Below, in pieces: positions 21,797-33,500 of a stretch of 64,000 nt of DNA; positions within the stretch are counted from its first letter, which is position 1; each line of letters starts with the position of its first letter. The position numbers and the translations under genes are program-made. This DNA is from an uncultured Phycisphaerales bacterium. GTDB taxonomy: Bacteria > Planctomycetota > Phycisphaerae > Tepidisphaerales > Tepidisphaeraceae. Below the pieces are notes generated by a model, which saw only the letters and a list, made by a program, of their open reading frames with translations, ran no database searches and was not told the DNA's origin. The stretch lies in NCBI GenBank assembly GCA_963755915.1, contig CAVWLP010000002.1, positions 1,792,001 through 1,856,000 on the forward strand, written 5' to 3'.

Positions 21797-22312
21797 GGTT
21801 GTCGGGTTTAGTCGACGGTGGCTAGCCCGACAACCAACATGCCATCTAACCGTCCAAGGCCAAAGGCAACGAACAGACGCATTGCTGCGGATTTTCAGGC
21901 CTATTTGTGCTTGGACCATCGGGCAGGTGAAGATCGTGGGGCCAGCCGGACGGTATTGGCGGTTTTACTGGTTCACGTCCTGCGACAAAGGAAAGAAGCC
22001 GAGCGCATCATTGAGGTGGGGTGAAATCTGACTCGACCGAAAAAAGTGTCGGGCGGTCAACCCGGGGTGAGAGGGAGGGGGTTGGGAAGCGACGGATTGG
22101 AAAAATAGCACCCATCTATATATGGGTCCAAAGGGTGTACGTTTTGTACCTATTTTTGAGAAATCGGGGAATTTTTTTTGTGCGATCGATGAAAATGGAA
22201 ATAATCTGACAGAGGAGGGATCGGGTCGATTCCGTATTTTTGGGGATGGGGTAAGATCGGGTCCGGCGGCGACGAGGTTTTTCCGGGGTGTTGCTTTGGC
22301 GAGGAGGCATAG

Positions 22313-22552
22313 ATGGAAGAATCGATTCCCCCGCAGCGCCCGGGGCACGCTCGGGTTATTGCATGGACGGTTGTGCTGATGCTCTGCTCGTTTGTGCTGG
22401 GGGTTTTCGTGGGGCTGCATCCGAACTGGATTCCGATTACGGTTCCGCTGCCGGCAGGGGAAAACGGGGTGATGCCGGACAATTCGGCGCCCGGGGTGGG
22501 GGGAATCGCAACGACGATGCCTGCGACCCGGGAAGCGGAGACACAACCCTGA
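22313..22552 (+). CDS. Small membrane protein
   Basis: GGAGG RBS, one TM helix, low-complexity tail. Confidence 0.6.
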   Translation: MEESIPPQRPGHARVIAWTVVLMLCSFVLGVFVGLHPNWIPITVPLPAGENGVMPDNSAPGVGGIATTMPATREAETQP

Positions 22553-22558
22553 TCGGGG

Positions 22559-23350
22559 TTAATCGACGTCCAAGTCGTCTGACTTCTGAAGGTAGGCGAA
22601 GAAGCACATTTGCTCGATGCCGTCGCCTTGGACTCCGCGTAGAGAAAAGAGCTTGAAGAACCAGGCCAGGTCGCTTTCCGCGGGTTCGGGGCCGGGGGCT
22701 GACCTGGGTCCGACGATCTCTTCGGCTGATACGCTCATGATGTAATCGGAAAGATAGGCGATGTTGATTTCGTCCGCGGACTGGGTGGAAAGGACGAAGC
22801 ATTTGAATTGCCGGATGGGGTCGCGGAGGTAACGCTCGGCCATCTTCACCTCGACTTCGTCGAGGGCGGCGAGATAGGCCTCTGTCTGCGGACCCTGTTT
22901 CCACTGGAGAGATTGGCGCTCGTCTTCGCGGAAGCCTTCGAGGGCGGCGTCGAAATGGGCCTGGAGGCGCTCGTAGAAGGCCTGGACTTCGTCGCCGGTG
23001 AGCCAGCGGAAAATCATTACCTCGCCGGGGCGGCGATGGATGTGGTAGTCGTTCGTCGAAATCTCTCGCGTTTTGGGAAGGTTCAGGAGTTCGGCGGCCT
23101 GCTGTGCGGAGGCGGGGGGGAGGATGGGACTTTCGGGGGTTTTGGATTTTTCGAGGATGGCCATGGTGCGCTGGGTTTGGCGGGCGAGTTCGGGGTCGAA
23201 GCCGGGGATGAGACGGGCGTCGAACTTGCGGGAGCCTTCGAATACCGCGGCGAGCTCGGTGTGCATGCGGAATTCTTCGGCTTTTTCGCGGGCGCGGAGT
23301 TTGGGGTCGGTGGAGTCTTCGGAGGGGGTTTCGGAGGGTTCGTCGAACAT
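22559..23350 (-). CDS. Hypothetical protein
   Basis: 263 aa ORF with normal globular composition; no family recognised. Confidence 0.7.
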   Translation of the reverse strand: MFDEPSETPSEDSTDPKLRAREKAEEFRMHTELAAVFEGSRKFDARLIPGFDPELARQTQRTMAILEKSKTPESPILPPASAQQAAELLNLPKTREISTNDYHIHRRPGEVMIFRWLTGDEVQAFYERLQAHFDAALEGFREDERQSLQWKQGPQTEAYLAALDEVEVKMAERYLRDPIRQFKCFVLSTQSADEINIAYLSDYIMSVSAEEIVGPRSAPGPEPAESDLAWFFKLFSLRGVQGDGIEQMCFFAYLQKSDDLDVD

Positions 23351-23417
23351 GTCGGCTCGTGGGGCTTTCGATAATCTAGCGAACTTGAGCGGGGCTGCAA
23401 TTGCAATTCGAGGCTAA

Positions 23418-23450
23418 GCGCACCCCTGCGGGGTTGCGGCTAAACGGGAG
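23418..23450 (+). repeat. REP-like element, family A
   Basis: GCGCACCCCTGCGGGGTTGCGGCTAAACGGGAG, identical to 40586-40618. Confidence 0.8.
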
Positions 23451-23505
23451 CGGGAGTGTCGCGATTGTGGCGGTCGATTTAGAATGAAGTTTGATTCAGC
23501 GGGTG

Positions 23506-23934
23506 TTACGTCGCCAGGCGGGAATGATAGAGCATGAAGTAGATGATGACCCCGGTTACCGAAACGTAGAGCCAGATCCAAAATGTGGGGCGGGCGATGC
23601 GCATGTGGTTGGCCCAGTCTCTTCGATAGGCGCGTAACAGCGTGAGATAAATCATCGGCAGCATGACGACCGCCAGAAGCAGGTGGGGGAAGAGAATTGC
23701 CAGGTAGGTGTAGCGCAGCCAGTGCGGGGCGTGGGTGGCTCGGGTAGAGCGCTCGCCGTACATGTAGTGGTACGTCAGGTAGCAGGCGAGGAAGGCGGTG
23801 GAGACGATTGCGGCGCTGACCATGGTGTAGGCGTGGGCGCGCCAGCGGCCGGTTTTGATGAAGAAAAATCCGAGGCAAAGGAGAAGGCAACTGATGCTGT
23901 TCAACGTGGCGTTGACAGCGGGGAGAGCGCTCAT
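23506..23934 (-). CDS. DUF420 membrane protein
   Basis: LPAVNATLN, FLACYLTYH, Y.AILFPHLLLA, IWLYVSVTGVIIY. Confidence 0.9.
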   Translation of the reverse strand: MSALPAVNATLNSISCLLLCLGFFFIKTGRWRAHAYTMVSAAIVSTAFLACYLTYHYMYGERSTRATHAPHWLRYTYLAILFPHLLLAVVMLPMIYLTLLRAYRRDWANHMRIARPTFWIWLYVSVTGVIIYFMLYHSRLAT

Positions 23935-24632
23935 TTGGCAGCTCCATCGGGATGAGCGAGGAGCCAGTTGGCGTCGTGAATGAGGGCATCCATGCGGTCG
24001 GGGTTTTCTGAGTCGTAGAAATCGCGGATGCGGCCCTGGGCGTCGACGAGGACGAAGTGCCAATCATGCTGGATGGGATTGCCGCCCTGGGCGGGGATTA
24101 AGCCGAGCTTCATGGCGCGGATGATGTTTTCCTGTGTCTTTTCGTCGCCGGTGAGGAAAATCCAGCGGCCGGGTTGGGCGTGATATTTTTCGCCGTAGGC
24201 TTTCAGGACCGCGGGGGTGTCGTGAGTGGGATCGACGGAGAAGGAGACGAGCTTTATGTCGGCGGGCAACTGGGACTGAAGATCGGCCAGGTGAGAGGAC
24301 ATCATGGGGCAGACGGTGGCGCAGGAGGTGAAGAAGAAATCGGCGATCCAGGGATGGCCGAGGAGCTGGGAATTGGAGAATTGTTTTGCGTCCTGATCGG
24401 TGAGGGTGAAGGAGGGGGCGGCGAATTCGCCGGGCGGGGGGGCGTCGTCGGCGGATGTATCAGTGCCGTCGGAGGCGAGCTGGGCTGCGGTTGCGGATGG
24501 GGCGGCGGAAGCTGGGGAGCTGGCATCGGCATTGGAATTGTTGGGCATGGTTTTCATGGCGACGACGCCGACCATGCCGCCGACCGCGAGGATCCACAAA
24601 ACGATGGTGAGGATTTTCTGCGGTTTACTCAT
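23931..24632 (-). CDS. SCO family copper chaperone
   Basis: FTLTDQ, FFFTSCATVCP (CxxxC), SVDPTHDTP, conserved His in IQHDWHFVLVD. Confidence 0.92.
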   Translation of the reverse strand: MSKPQKILTIVLWILAVGGMVGVVAMKTMPNNSNADASSPASAAPSATAAQLASDGTDTSADDAPPPGEFAAPSFTLTDQDAKQFSNSQLLGHPWIADFFFTSCATVCPMMSSHLADLQSQLPADIKLVSFSVDPTHDTPAVLKAYGEKYHAQPGRWIFLTGDEKTQENIIRAMKLGLIPAQGGNPIQHDWHFVLVDAQGRIRDFYDSENPDRMDALIHDANWLLAHPDGAAK

Positions 24633-24638
24633 AGGCGA

Positions 24639-25451
24639 TTATTGCAAATCCGCGGCGACGCGCTGGCCGGCCATGAGGCTGGAGATGAAAAACATCGCCA
24701 GGGCGAAGGCGAGGCTGATTCCGAGGCAGATGGACCATGATGGCAGGCGAAGGTTTGCATCGCTGCTCCAGTATAGGGCCTTGCGGAGGGAGGAGACGCC
24801 GTAGGTGAGGGGATTGAGGCTCATGAGGAGGCGCATGGTTCCGTGGGCGCCGTCGGCGGGGAACATGGCTCCGGAGAGGAACCACATGGGGATCAAGAAG
24901 AGATTCATGATGACGTGAAAGCCCTGGGTGGAACTCATGCGCCAGGCGATGCAGAATCCCAGGCCGGAGAGGGCGAAGCTGACGATGAGCGTGACGCCGA
25001 CGGCGGCGGCGAAGGAAGCGGGATCGAGATGGATGCCTACGAGTGGGGCCAGCAGCAGAAACAAAATTCCCTGGGCGGTTGCCAGGAGGGTTCCGCCGAG
25101 CACTTTTCCGAGCACGATGGCCATTCGCGAGACGGGGGCCACGAGGACCGATTGCAAAAATCCTTCGCGGCGGTCTTCGATGACGGAGATTTCGGAAAAG
25201 ATGGCGGTGAAGAGGAGGATCATCACCAGGGTTCCGGGGAAGAAATATTCGATGAAGTTGCCGCCGCCGGGCATATCGGCGCGGAAGGATTTTCCCATTC
25301 CGGCCCCGATGACGATCCAGAAGAGGACGGGCGTGGCGAGGGCCCCGATGATTCGACTGCGCTGGCGGACGAAGCGAATCAGCTCGCGCCAGCAGAGTGA
25401 GACGGCGGGCAGCCACAATCGGGTCCAGAGTGAGGGGGGAATTTCATCCAT
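24639..25451 (-). CDS. ABC-2 type transporter permease
   Basis: YFFPG, DRREGFLQSVLVAPVSR..IVLGK, FLSGAMFP, NPLTY. Confidence 0.92.
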   Translation of the reverse strand: MDEIPPSLWTRLWLPAVSLCWRELIRFVRQRSRIIGALATPVLFWIVIGAGMGKSFRADMPGGGNFIEYFFPGTLVMILLFTAIFSEISVIEDRREGFLQSVLVAPVSRMAIVLGKVLGGTLLATAQGILFLLLAPLVGIHLDPASFAAAVGVTLIVSFALSGLGFCIAWRMSSTQGFHVIMNLFLIPMWFLSGAMFPADGAHGTMRLLMSLNPLTYGVSSLRKALYWSSDANLRLPSWSICLGISLAFALAMFFISSLMAGQRVAADLQ

Positions 25452-25484
25452 GATTAATCTGGGAATAATGTGGGCAGGGGTATT

Positions 25485-26338
25485 CTATAGGGAATTGTCT
25501 TTGTCACCAATGGCCCGAAATGCCGCGGCCACTCTGTCGGAGTCGGGCGGGATTTTGAGCAAAATCGGTTTTGCAGTGCGGGGATGGTCGAATCCAAGCT
25601 CAACTGCGGCAAGCATTAGCCCCATTTCGCACGGCGTTCCGCCATATTGGCGATCTCCGAGGACGGGAAATCCAGCTTCGGAGAGATGGGCGCGAATCTG
25701 ATGCTTTCGGCCGGTTTCGAGTCGAATCTGTAGCAGGGCAAATTTTCCATGGCGTTTTTCGACGCGGAAATGGGTCACGGCTTTTTGGCCACGTCCGGGA
25801 ATGTTGGTGGAGTGGACGGAGCCATCGGCGCGTTCGACGAGAAATGAATCGATTCTGCGGTGATCGCGCGGAGGGGGGAAGCAATCGCGTGATAGACCCG
25901 CGTGACGGAGTGCTGGACGAATTGGGCTTTCAGGGAGCTTAGGGCGCGGCTGTTTTTCGCGAAGACCAGGAGGCCGGAGGCATCGCGGTCGAGGCGATGG
26001 ACCAGACCCGCGCGCGCCGCCGGGTCTGTTTGCTGCACGTACTCGCGTACGGCGGCGAAAGCGGTGGGGCGGGTTTCGCGGGCGTTGGTGCTGGTGAGGA
26101 TTCCGGCGGGCTTGTCGATGACCAGGAGGTCGCGATCTTCAAAGGCGATCGGAAATGGCAGCCGGGCGGAAAGTTTTTCGGGCGGGCGAACGAGCACCCG
26201 GTCGTCGTCGGCGATATTTTGGTCGGCTCTTGTGGCGCGGGTTCCGTTCACGAGGACGCGGCCGTCCTGGACCATTCGCCGCAGGGTTTGCTGTTTGGCG
26301 GTGGGAAATTCTTTTCGAAGGCGATCGAGGAGTTTCAT
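25485..26338 (-). CDS. RluA/RluD family pseudouridine synthase (frameshifts near 25780-25880)
   Basis: S4-like N-terminus, VIDKPAG, VHRLDRDASG, LETGRKHQIRAHL..PVLGDRQYG. Confidence 0.92.
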
Positions 26339-27597
26339 AGCATGGGCGTGGCGCGGTCGAGAAATCGCCTTACCTGGTTGGCGACGGCGGAATCGTCGGC
26401 GGCCTGCTCGTCGGTTTCGGCGGTGCGGCGATCGAGCCAGAGAAAGCTCTTGGGGGCGCTGGCGGCTTCGTAAAGGTCTTGACCTGAGTCGAAGGTGATG
26501 ACGGGATCATCGCGGCAGTGGATGAAAAGGATGGGGCGGGGGGCGACGTCGGCGGCATCGTGGGCGGGGGAAAAGTCGTAGAGATCGCAGCCGGTTTGGA
26601 GGCAGACCAGGCCCAGGGCGATGGGGACGAGGGGATATTCGAGAGGCGGGCGAAAGGAGAAGCTGACGGCAGATGCGGCGAGGCGGCTGAAGCGGTCGTA
26701 GCAGCCGAAGACCGCGAGGGCATCGAGTGCGCGGCCTTCGCGGGAGTGATCGGCGGCGGCGGCGAGGAGGGCTGCGCCGCCGGTGTCGACGCCGACGGCA
26801 ACGATGCGGCGCGATTCCTGGGGATGATTTTGGCGCAGCCAGCGGACGGCGCCGAGTACGTCACAGCGTTCGCGGTCGCCGAAGGAATCGATCTGGCCTT
26901 CGCTGTCGCCCTGGCCGCGGAAATCGAAGCTGAGGACGTTGTATCCGCGGCCGAGGAATTGTCCGGCGAGGGAGATGTAGCTTCCCTTTCCGCCGCGTGC
27001 TCCGGGGCAGATGAGGAGCGTTTGCTTTCCCCAGGTGGCGCCGGTGCTGTCGTCGGGCTCCGGGGCGGGGGTCCAGAGGGCGGCGAGGCGGAGGCCGTCG
27101 GTGGAATTGAAGAAGACGGTTCGGGCACCGGCGTCGAACCAGGGGGACTCGTTTCTCTGGATGGCCCGGGGGCGATAGGTGGCCGCGGCGACCATCATGT
27201 AGGGCAAACCGATCAGAAACAGGAGAACGACGCGGAGGGTTTGGGCGGCGGATCGGCGCTGGCGGCGTCGCCAGGATCCTTTTCCGGCGGCGAATATGAG
27301 GCGGCCGAGGCGTTCGCAGGCCATGTCGAGGAGTTTCAGGATGCAGATCAGTCCAGCGGCCCAGTAGCAGAGGATCAGGGTTTGCAGGGGTGGGACGATT
27401 CCATCGAGCCAGAGGTCGTAGACGATGGAGGCGGCGATTCCGAGCATGAGGGAGCCGGCGATGGCGACGGTGGCGCTGGGCCAGACGCGGGCGGCGGGGA
27501 TGCCTTTGTGCCAGGCGGAAGCGAAGAGGGCGAGGAGCATCAGCGGCGGCAGGAGGAAGTATGCCGTCATGAGGAGGATGTGGGCGAATTGGAGCAT
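26335..27597 (-). CDS. Membrane-anchored alpha/beta hydrolase-fold protein with atypical active site
   Basis: N-terminal TM helices; STDGLRL, FDFRGQGDS, DVLGAVRWL, GVDTGG elbow, PRPILFIH..DPVI. Confidence 0.85.
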   Translation of the reverse strand: MLQFAHILLMTAYFLLPPLMLLALFASAWHKGIPAARVWPSATVAIAGSLMLGIAASIVYDLWLDGIVPPLQTLILCYWAAGLICILKLLDMACERLGRLIFAAGKGSWRRRQRRSAAQTLRVVLLFLIGLPYMMVAAATYRPRAIQRNESPWFDAGARTVFFNSTDGLRLAALWTPAPEPDDSTGATWGKQTLLICPGARGGKGSYISLAGQFLGRGYNVLSFDFRGQGDSEGQIDSFGDRERCDVLGAVRWLRQNHPQESRRIVAVGVDTGGAALLAAAADHSREGRALDALAVFGCYDRFSRLAASAVSFSFRPPLEYPLVPIALGLVCLQTGCDLYDFSPAHDAADVAPRPILFIHCRDDPVITFDSGQDLYEAASAPKSFLWLDRRTAETDEQAADDSAVANQVRRFLDRATPML

Positions 27598-27637
27598 GGG
27601 TGAGGTGGGGGCATTGTATCAATAGATGCGCGGGGGG

Positions 27638-27666
27638 GCGCGCCCCGCAAGCGGGGCCGCTAAACG
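27638..27666 (+). repeat. REP-like element, family A variant
   Basis: GCGCGCCCCGCAAGCGGGGCCGCTAAACG; overlaps the stop codon of the adjacent gene. Confidence 0.7.
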
Positions 27667-28380
27667 GGGGAGGGGTTTGGGGGCGGGAGGATTCGTTTGC
27701 AACGGCGGTAGAAGAGGATCAGGACGACGGGGCCCAGGGCGATGAACATCACCGAGACGCCGATGCAGATGGCGGTTCCGGTGGCGATGGTGGCGCAGCA
27801 TTCGTTTCGGCGGCGGACGATGATGTGGGAGGGGACGGCGACGAGAAGCTCGAGGAGGCTTCCGGCGAGAACCCGGCGGTGCAGGGTTGCGGCAAGAGGG
27901 CCGGGGTCGCGGCGAAAAGCGATCAGCCCGAAGAGGATTGACCATCCGGCCCAGACGGCGAGGGAGGCAATCAGGACCGGCCACTGCATCCAATTCCCAA
28001 ATTTGAATAGTTCCCAGAGAGCTAGCCCGGCGCCGAAAACCAGGACACCGAGCAGAAATCCAGAGCCAATGATGGGAATCCAAATCGAACGGCGCGAAAT
28101 AGGCCGGCGGCGATTGGCTTTCACCGGCACGATCACCAGCGTCAGTCCGCTGACGATGAGTGCGCTGACGTAGATGGCGACGAAGCACCAGGTGTTGTCG
28201 TTGGGATCGGACTTGTTTTCCCAGTAGACGAAGGCGGGGAAGAGGAGCAATCCAATGAGTAAAAGGAGGTAGACGCCGACTAGGGCGAGGACCCAGGCGG
28301 GGCGTCGAAACGGTTGGGAGAATTCCGGGGGTTCGTATCGGAGAGGTGGAGAGGCGCCTGCGGGGTCGGGCGAGCGCATG
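27660..28380 (-). CDS. Hypothetical polytopic membrane protein
   Basis: About 6 TM segments; GSLLELLVAVPSHIIVRRRNECC motif; start codon uncertain. Confidence 0.75.
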
Positions 28381-28476
28381 GGATCAGGATACTTCGCGGA
28401 GTCTTGTTTGTCTTGCGCGGGGAAGATTGGGACGCGCTTAGGGTGCAATGCAGAATGCTAAGCACAGAGAAATAAA

Positions 28477-28519
28477 CCCCCTCCCTAGCCCTCCCCCGGA
28501 GTACCGGGGGCGGGGAAAA
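28477..28519 (+). repeat. REP-like element, family B (CCCTCCCCCGGAGTACCGGGGG)
   Basis: Palindromic core; related copies at 41744, 50435, 52522. Confidence 0.8.
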
Positions 28520-28558
28520 GAAGGGTGCGCGGGCTTTAAAGAGTGTTGAACGCGGCGT

Positions 28559-29995
28559 TCAGGCAACCGCGGGTTCGTGGGATTCTTCGGTGTCGCGGGC
28601 GAGGGTTTGCGGAAATTCGCAGGTGACGGTGGTGCCCGACCCGACGACCGATTGGAGTTGGATGGTTCCGCCGAGGGCGTGGACGGCGTGTTTGACGATG
28701 GCGAGTCCGAGGCCGGTGCCGCGGCCGGCGCTGCCGCTGCGGGCGGAATCGACCTGGTAGAAGCGTTCGAAGACGCGTTCGACGTGTTCGGGGGCGATGC
28801 CGATGCCGGTGTCGGCGACTGTGACCGTCACGTTTCCCGACGGCGCCTGGCTGACGGAGACGGTGACTCGTCCCCCCGCCTGGGTGAATTTTATGCTGTT
28901 TTCGACGAGATTTTTGAGGATGAGGTAGACGAGGCGGGTGTCGGTGCTGAACTCGGCGGGGGTGCCGGAGTCGGCGTCGCCGAGGCGAAGCTCGACGCCC
29001 TTCTGGCGGGCGACGGTGCCCATGGTGGAGCGAACGCCGGCGAAGAGCTCGGAGGTTTTGATGGACATAATGCGGGGTTTGAGGTCGGCGGATTCGACGC
29101 GGGAAAGATCGAGGAGGTCGCGAAGCATTTCCTCGAGGCGGCGGAGGTGGCCGTCGATCACGGCGATGCAGCGGTCGGATTGGACGGGATCTTCGCGGTA
29201 GACATCCCGGAGGGTTTCGAAGGCGATTTTGATGGCGGCGATGGGGGTGCGTAATTCGTGGCTGGCATTGGCGACGAAATCGGTTTTCATCTGGACGGCG
29301 CCGGCGAGGCTGCTGACGTCGCGAAGGACCAGCAGGGCTCCGCCGCCTGGGGCGCGGGTGGCGACGGCCTGGTAAATGAATCGCTGGGCGTTGCGGGCCA
29401 GGCGGATTTCGCGGTTGAGGATGGTGGGGGGGCCGGTGGCCTTGGCGCCGCCTGCGGTGACGAGCGCTTCGTAAAGCTCAACAATGTGCTCATCGCTGAC
29501 GACGTTAACGAGCTGCTGGCCGAGCGCCTGCTGCGGCTGGAGGGAAAGGAGGCGTGCCGCGGGAAGATTGATGAGGGTGATACGTCCACGCGAGTCGGCG
29601 GCGAGGATGGGGTCGGGAAGTGTATCGACGAGGGCCTGCAATCCACCGCGCTGGGTTTTGAGATCGGAGAGTTGCTTATAGGCGTGGATCGCGAGTTGGT
29701 TGAGGTTTTCGGCCATGCGTTGGACGCCGGGGGTTCCGCTGGGCTGTACGCGGACTTCCCAGTCGCCGCGGGCCATCCGCTCGGCGGCACTCTCCATGTG
29801 ACGGATGGGCAAAAGCCAACCGTAGCGGTGGCTGAGCGCGCTGATGGACAAAAGGATGAACGCGGCGGCGGCGGCATAGAAAACGATCATGGAGGTGGAG
29901 GGACGGTTTTGCGAAGCCGCGACGATGGCCGCCGCGATCAGGGCGGTCGTACCAGCGAAAACCAGTGCGAGGCGCAGGAGACGGGTGCTCCACAT
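28559..29995 (-). CDS. PhoR-like sensor histidine kinase (2 TM, HAMP, PAS, HisKA, HATPase)
   Basis: DFVANASHELRTP, NLVENSIKF, DTGIGI, FERFYQVD, GTGLGLAIVKH. Confidence 0.93.
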   Translation of the reverse strand: MWSTRLLRLALVFAGTTALIAAAIVAASQNRPSTSMIVFYAAAAAFILLSISALSHRYGWLLPIRHMESAAERMARGDWEVRVQPSGTPGVQRMAENLNQLAIHAYKQLSDLKTQRGGLQALVDTLPDPILAADSRGRITLINLPAARLLSLQPQQALGQQLVNVVSDEHIVELYEALVTAGGAKATGPPTILNREIRLARNAQRFIYQAVATRAPGGGALLVLRDVSSLAGAVQMKTDFVANASHELRTPIAAIKIAFETLRDVYREDPVQSDRCIAVIDGHLRRLEEMLRDLLDLSRVESADLKPRIMSIKTSELFAGVRSTMGTVARQKGVELRLGDADSGTPAEFSTDTRLVYLILKNLVENSIKFTQAGGRVTVSVSQAPSGNVTVTVADTGIGIAPEHVERVFERFYQVDSARSGSAGRGTGLGLAIVKHAVHALGGTIQLQSVVGSGTTVTCEFPQTLARDTEESHEPAVA

Positions 29996-30263
29996 GAATG
30001 GGGAATTATCAGACGTCCTGAGGCGGTTGCAAGGGTAAAAGAGGGGAGTTGGGGCGGGAGGGTGGCGGTTAATGGCTTACTATCAATGCCTTAGCCTGCC
30101 GCAAATTCTCAAATCAAAAACTCATTCGTGAAATGGTTCGTGATAGGCAATTTTTGACGGCGCGGTAAAAACGACACAGAGGTTGGAAAATGCGACCGAA
30201 AACGCTTTGGGCGTCAAATCGGGCATAGGGTGCAACTCAAATCAGGTCTTACGGAGGCGAATT

Positions 30264-31262
30264 ATGCGGCGGAAAATCGGCAGAAATCTGGCCCTGGTTG
30301 TCGGCACGGCTGTCGGAATGGGTGCGACGGCGCTGGCGTCGCCGATCGAGACGTTTGTCTCGCTGAATGGGAACACGAATGCGACGGCGGATTCGATCAA
30401 GACGTATGCCCCGCCGGCGGGGTATGCGTACAGCGCGGCGGCCCCGATCGCTGTCACTGGGTCGGGGCAGGGCGATACGTGGAACAATATTCGGCCGACG
30501 TCAACGCTGGCCGCGGGGGCGACTTCGGCGACGATACCCGGCGATGGAAGCATCACACTGGATGATGCGTTTGGGAATATGCTGACCGGGGTGGTTTTGA
30601 GCCTGAGCGTTACGGATACGGCGGTGGGGGGAACGACACATGCTTATCCGGCTACGGCGGCGGGCGATAACCTTGCCCAGCCGGGCGGGGTGATGTCGAC
30701 GGCCTGGCGCGATTACAACAACGGGGGTGGATCGGGAGCGGCAATATCAGCGACGGCTTATTACACGGCCTCGATCACGGGTCTGGCCGATTCAACGGTT
30801 TACGATATCTATTTTTACATGGGGACGACGACGAGCGGTCAGGGAGGCGTGGCCCAATTGGCGGCTGTAAATCAGGATGGATCGAACCCCACACTACTGC
30901 AACTGAACGATACGCAAACAGCGACGGTCTATAACACTTCCTTGTCGGCGAACGTGACGGAAACGGGAAGCATTTTCGACGATGGGGGGACAAACAATGG
31001 GACCGACTATTCGCTGGTGTCCGGCGGACCTGGAACCGCGGCGGACAATGCGAACTCGGACTGGGGCGTGCTGGTTGCCGAAACGGACGGCTCGGGCAAC
31101 CTGACGTTTAATTTTGGAGGAACGGGTCCGAACGCGTATTTCAACGGGTTCCAGATTGTGGATGCGACGCTGGTTCCTGAGCCGGCGACCGGGGCACTGG
31201 TGGTGCTGGCGGGCATGGGCATCGGCAACATTCGATTTCGACGCAGGGGGATGAAAGTGTAG
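30264..31262 (+). CDS. PEP-CTERM exosortase-target protein
   Basis: GGAGG RBS, signal peptide, Thr/Gly-rich body, VPEPAT + TM + RFRRR. Confidence 0.9.
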   Translation: MRRKIGRNLALVVGTAVGMGATALASPIETFVSLNGNTNATADSIKTYAPPAGYAYSAAAPIAVTGSGQGDTWNNIRPTSTLAAGATSATIPGDGSITLDDAFGNMLTGVVLSLSVTDTAVGGTTHAYPATAAGDNLAQPGGVMSTAWRDYNNGGGSGAAISATAYYTASITGLADSTVYDIYFYMGTTTSGQGGVAQLAAVNQDGSNPTLLQLNDTQTATVYNTSLSANVTETGSIFDDGGTNNGTDYSLVSGGPGTAADNANSDWGVLVAETDGSGNLTFNFGGTGPNAYFNGFQIVDATLVPEPATGALVVLAGMGIGNIRFRRRGMKV

Positions 31263-31309
31263 AGCGAGGTTCTGAGCAAGCGCCTCACGCATCTCCTTCT
31301 TTCGAAAAT

Positions 31310-31340
31310 AAAAAACCCATGGCAATGCCATGGGTTTTTT
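31310..31340. terminator. Bidirectional intrinsic terminator
   Basis: AAAAACCCATGGC-AAT-GCCATGGGTTTTT between convergent genes. Confidence 0.9.
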
Positions 31341-31360
31341 ACTGAGTCAGGCTGTGGGTC

Positions 31361-33500
<2,140 letters not shown>

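Larger units (their letters stand above)
20315..21847 (-). mobile_element. IS110-family (IS1111-like) insertion sequence
   Basis: 12-bp subterminal inverted repeats ATGTTGGTTGTC (20317-20328) and GACAACCAACAT (21829-21840); CT dinucleotide at both junctions; one transposase plus about 340 bp of downstream non-coding sequence. Confidence 0.85.
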
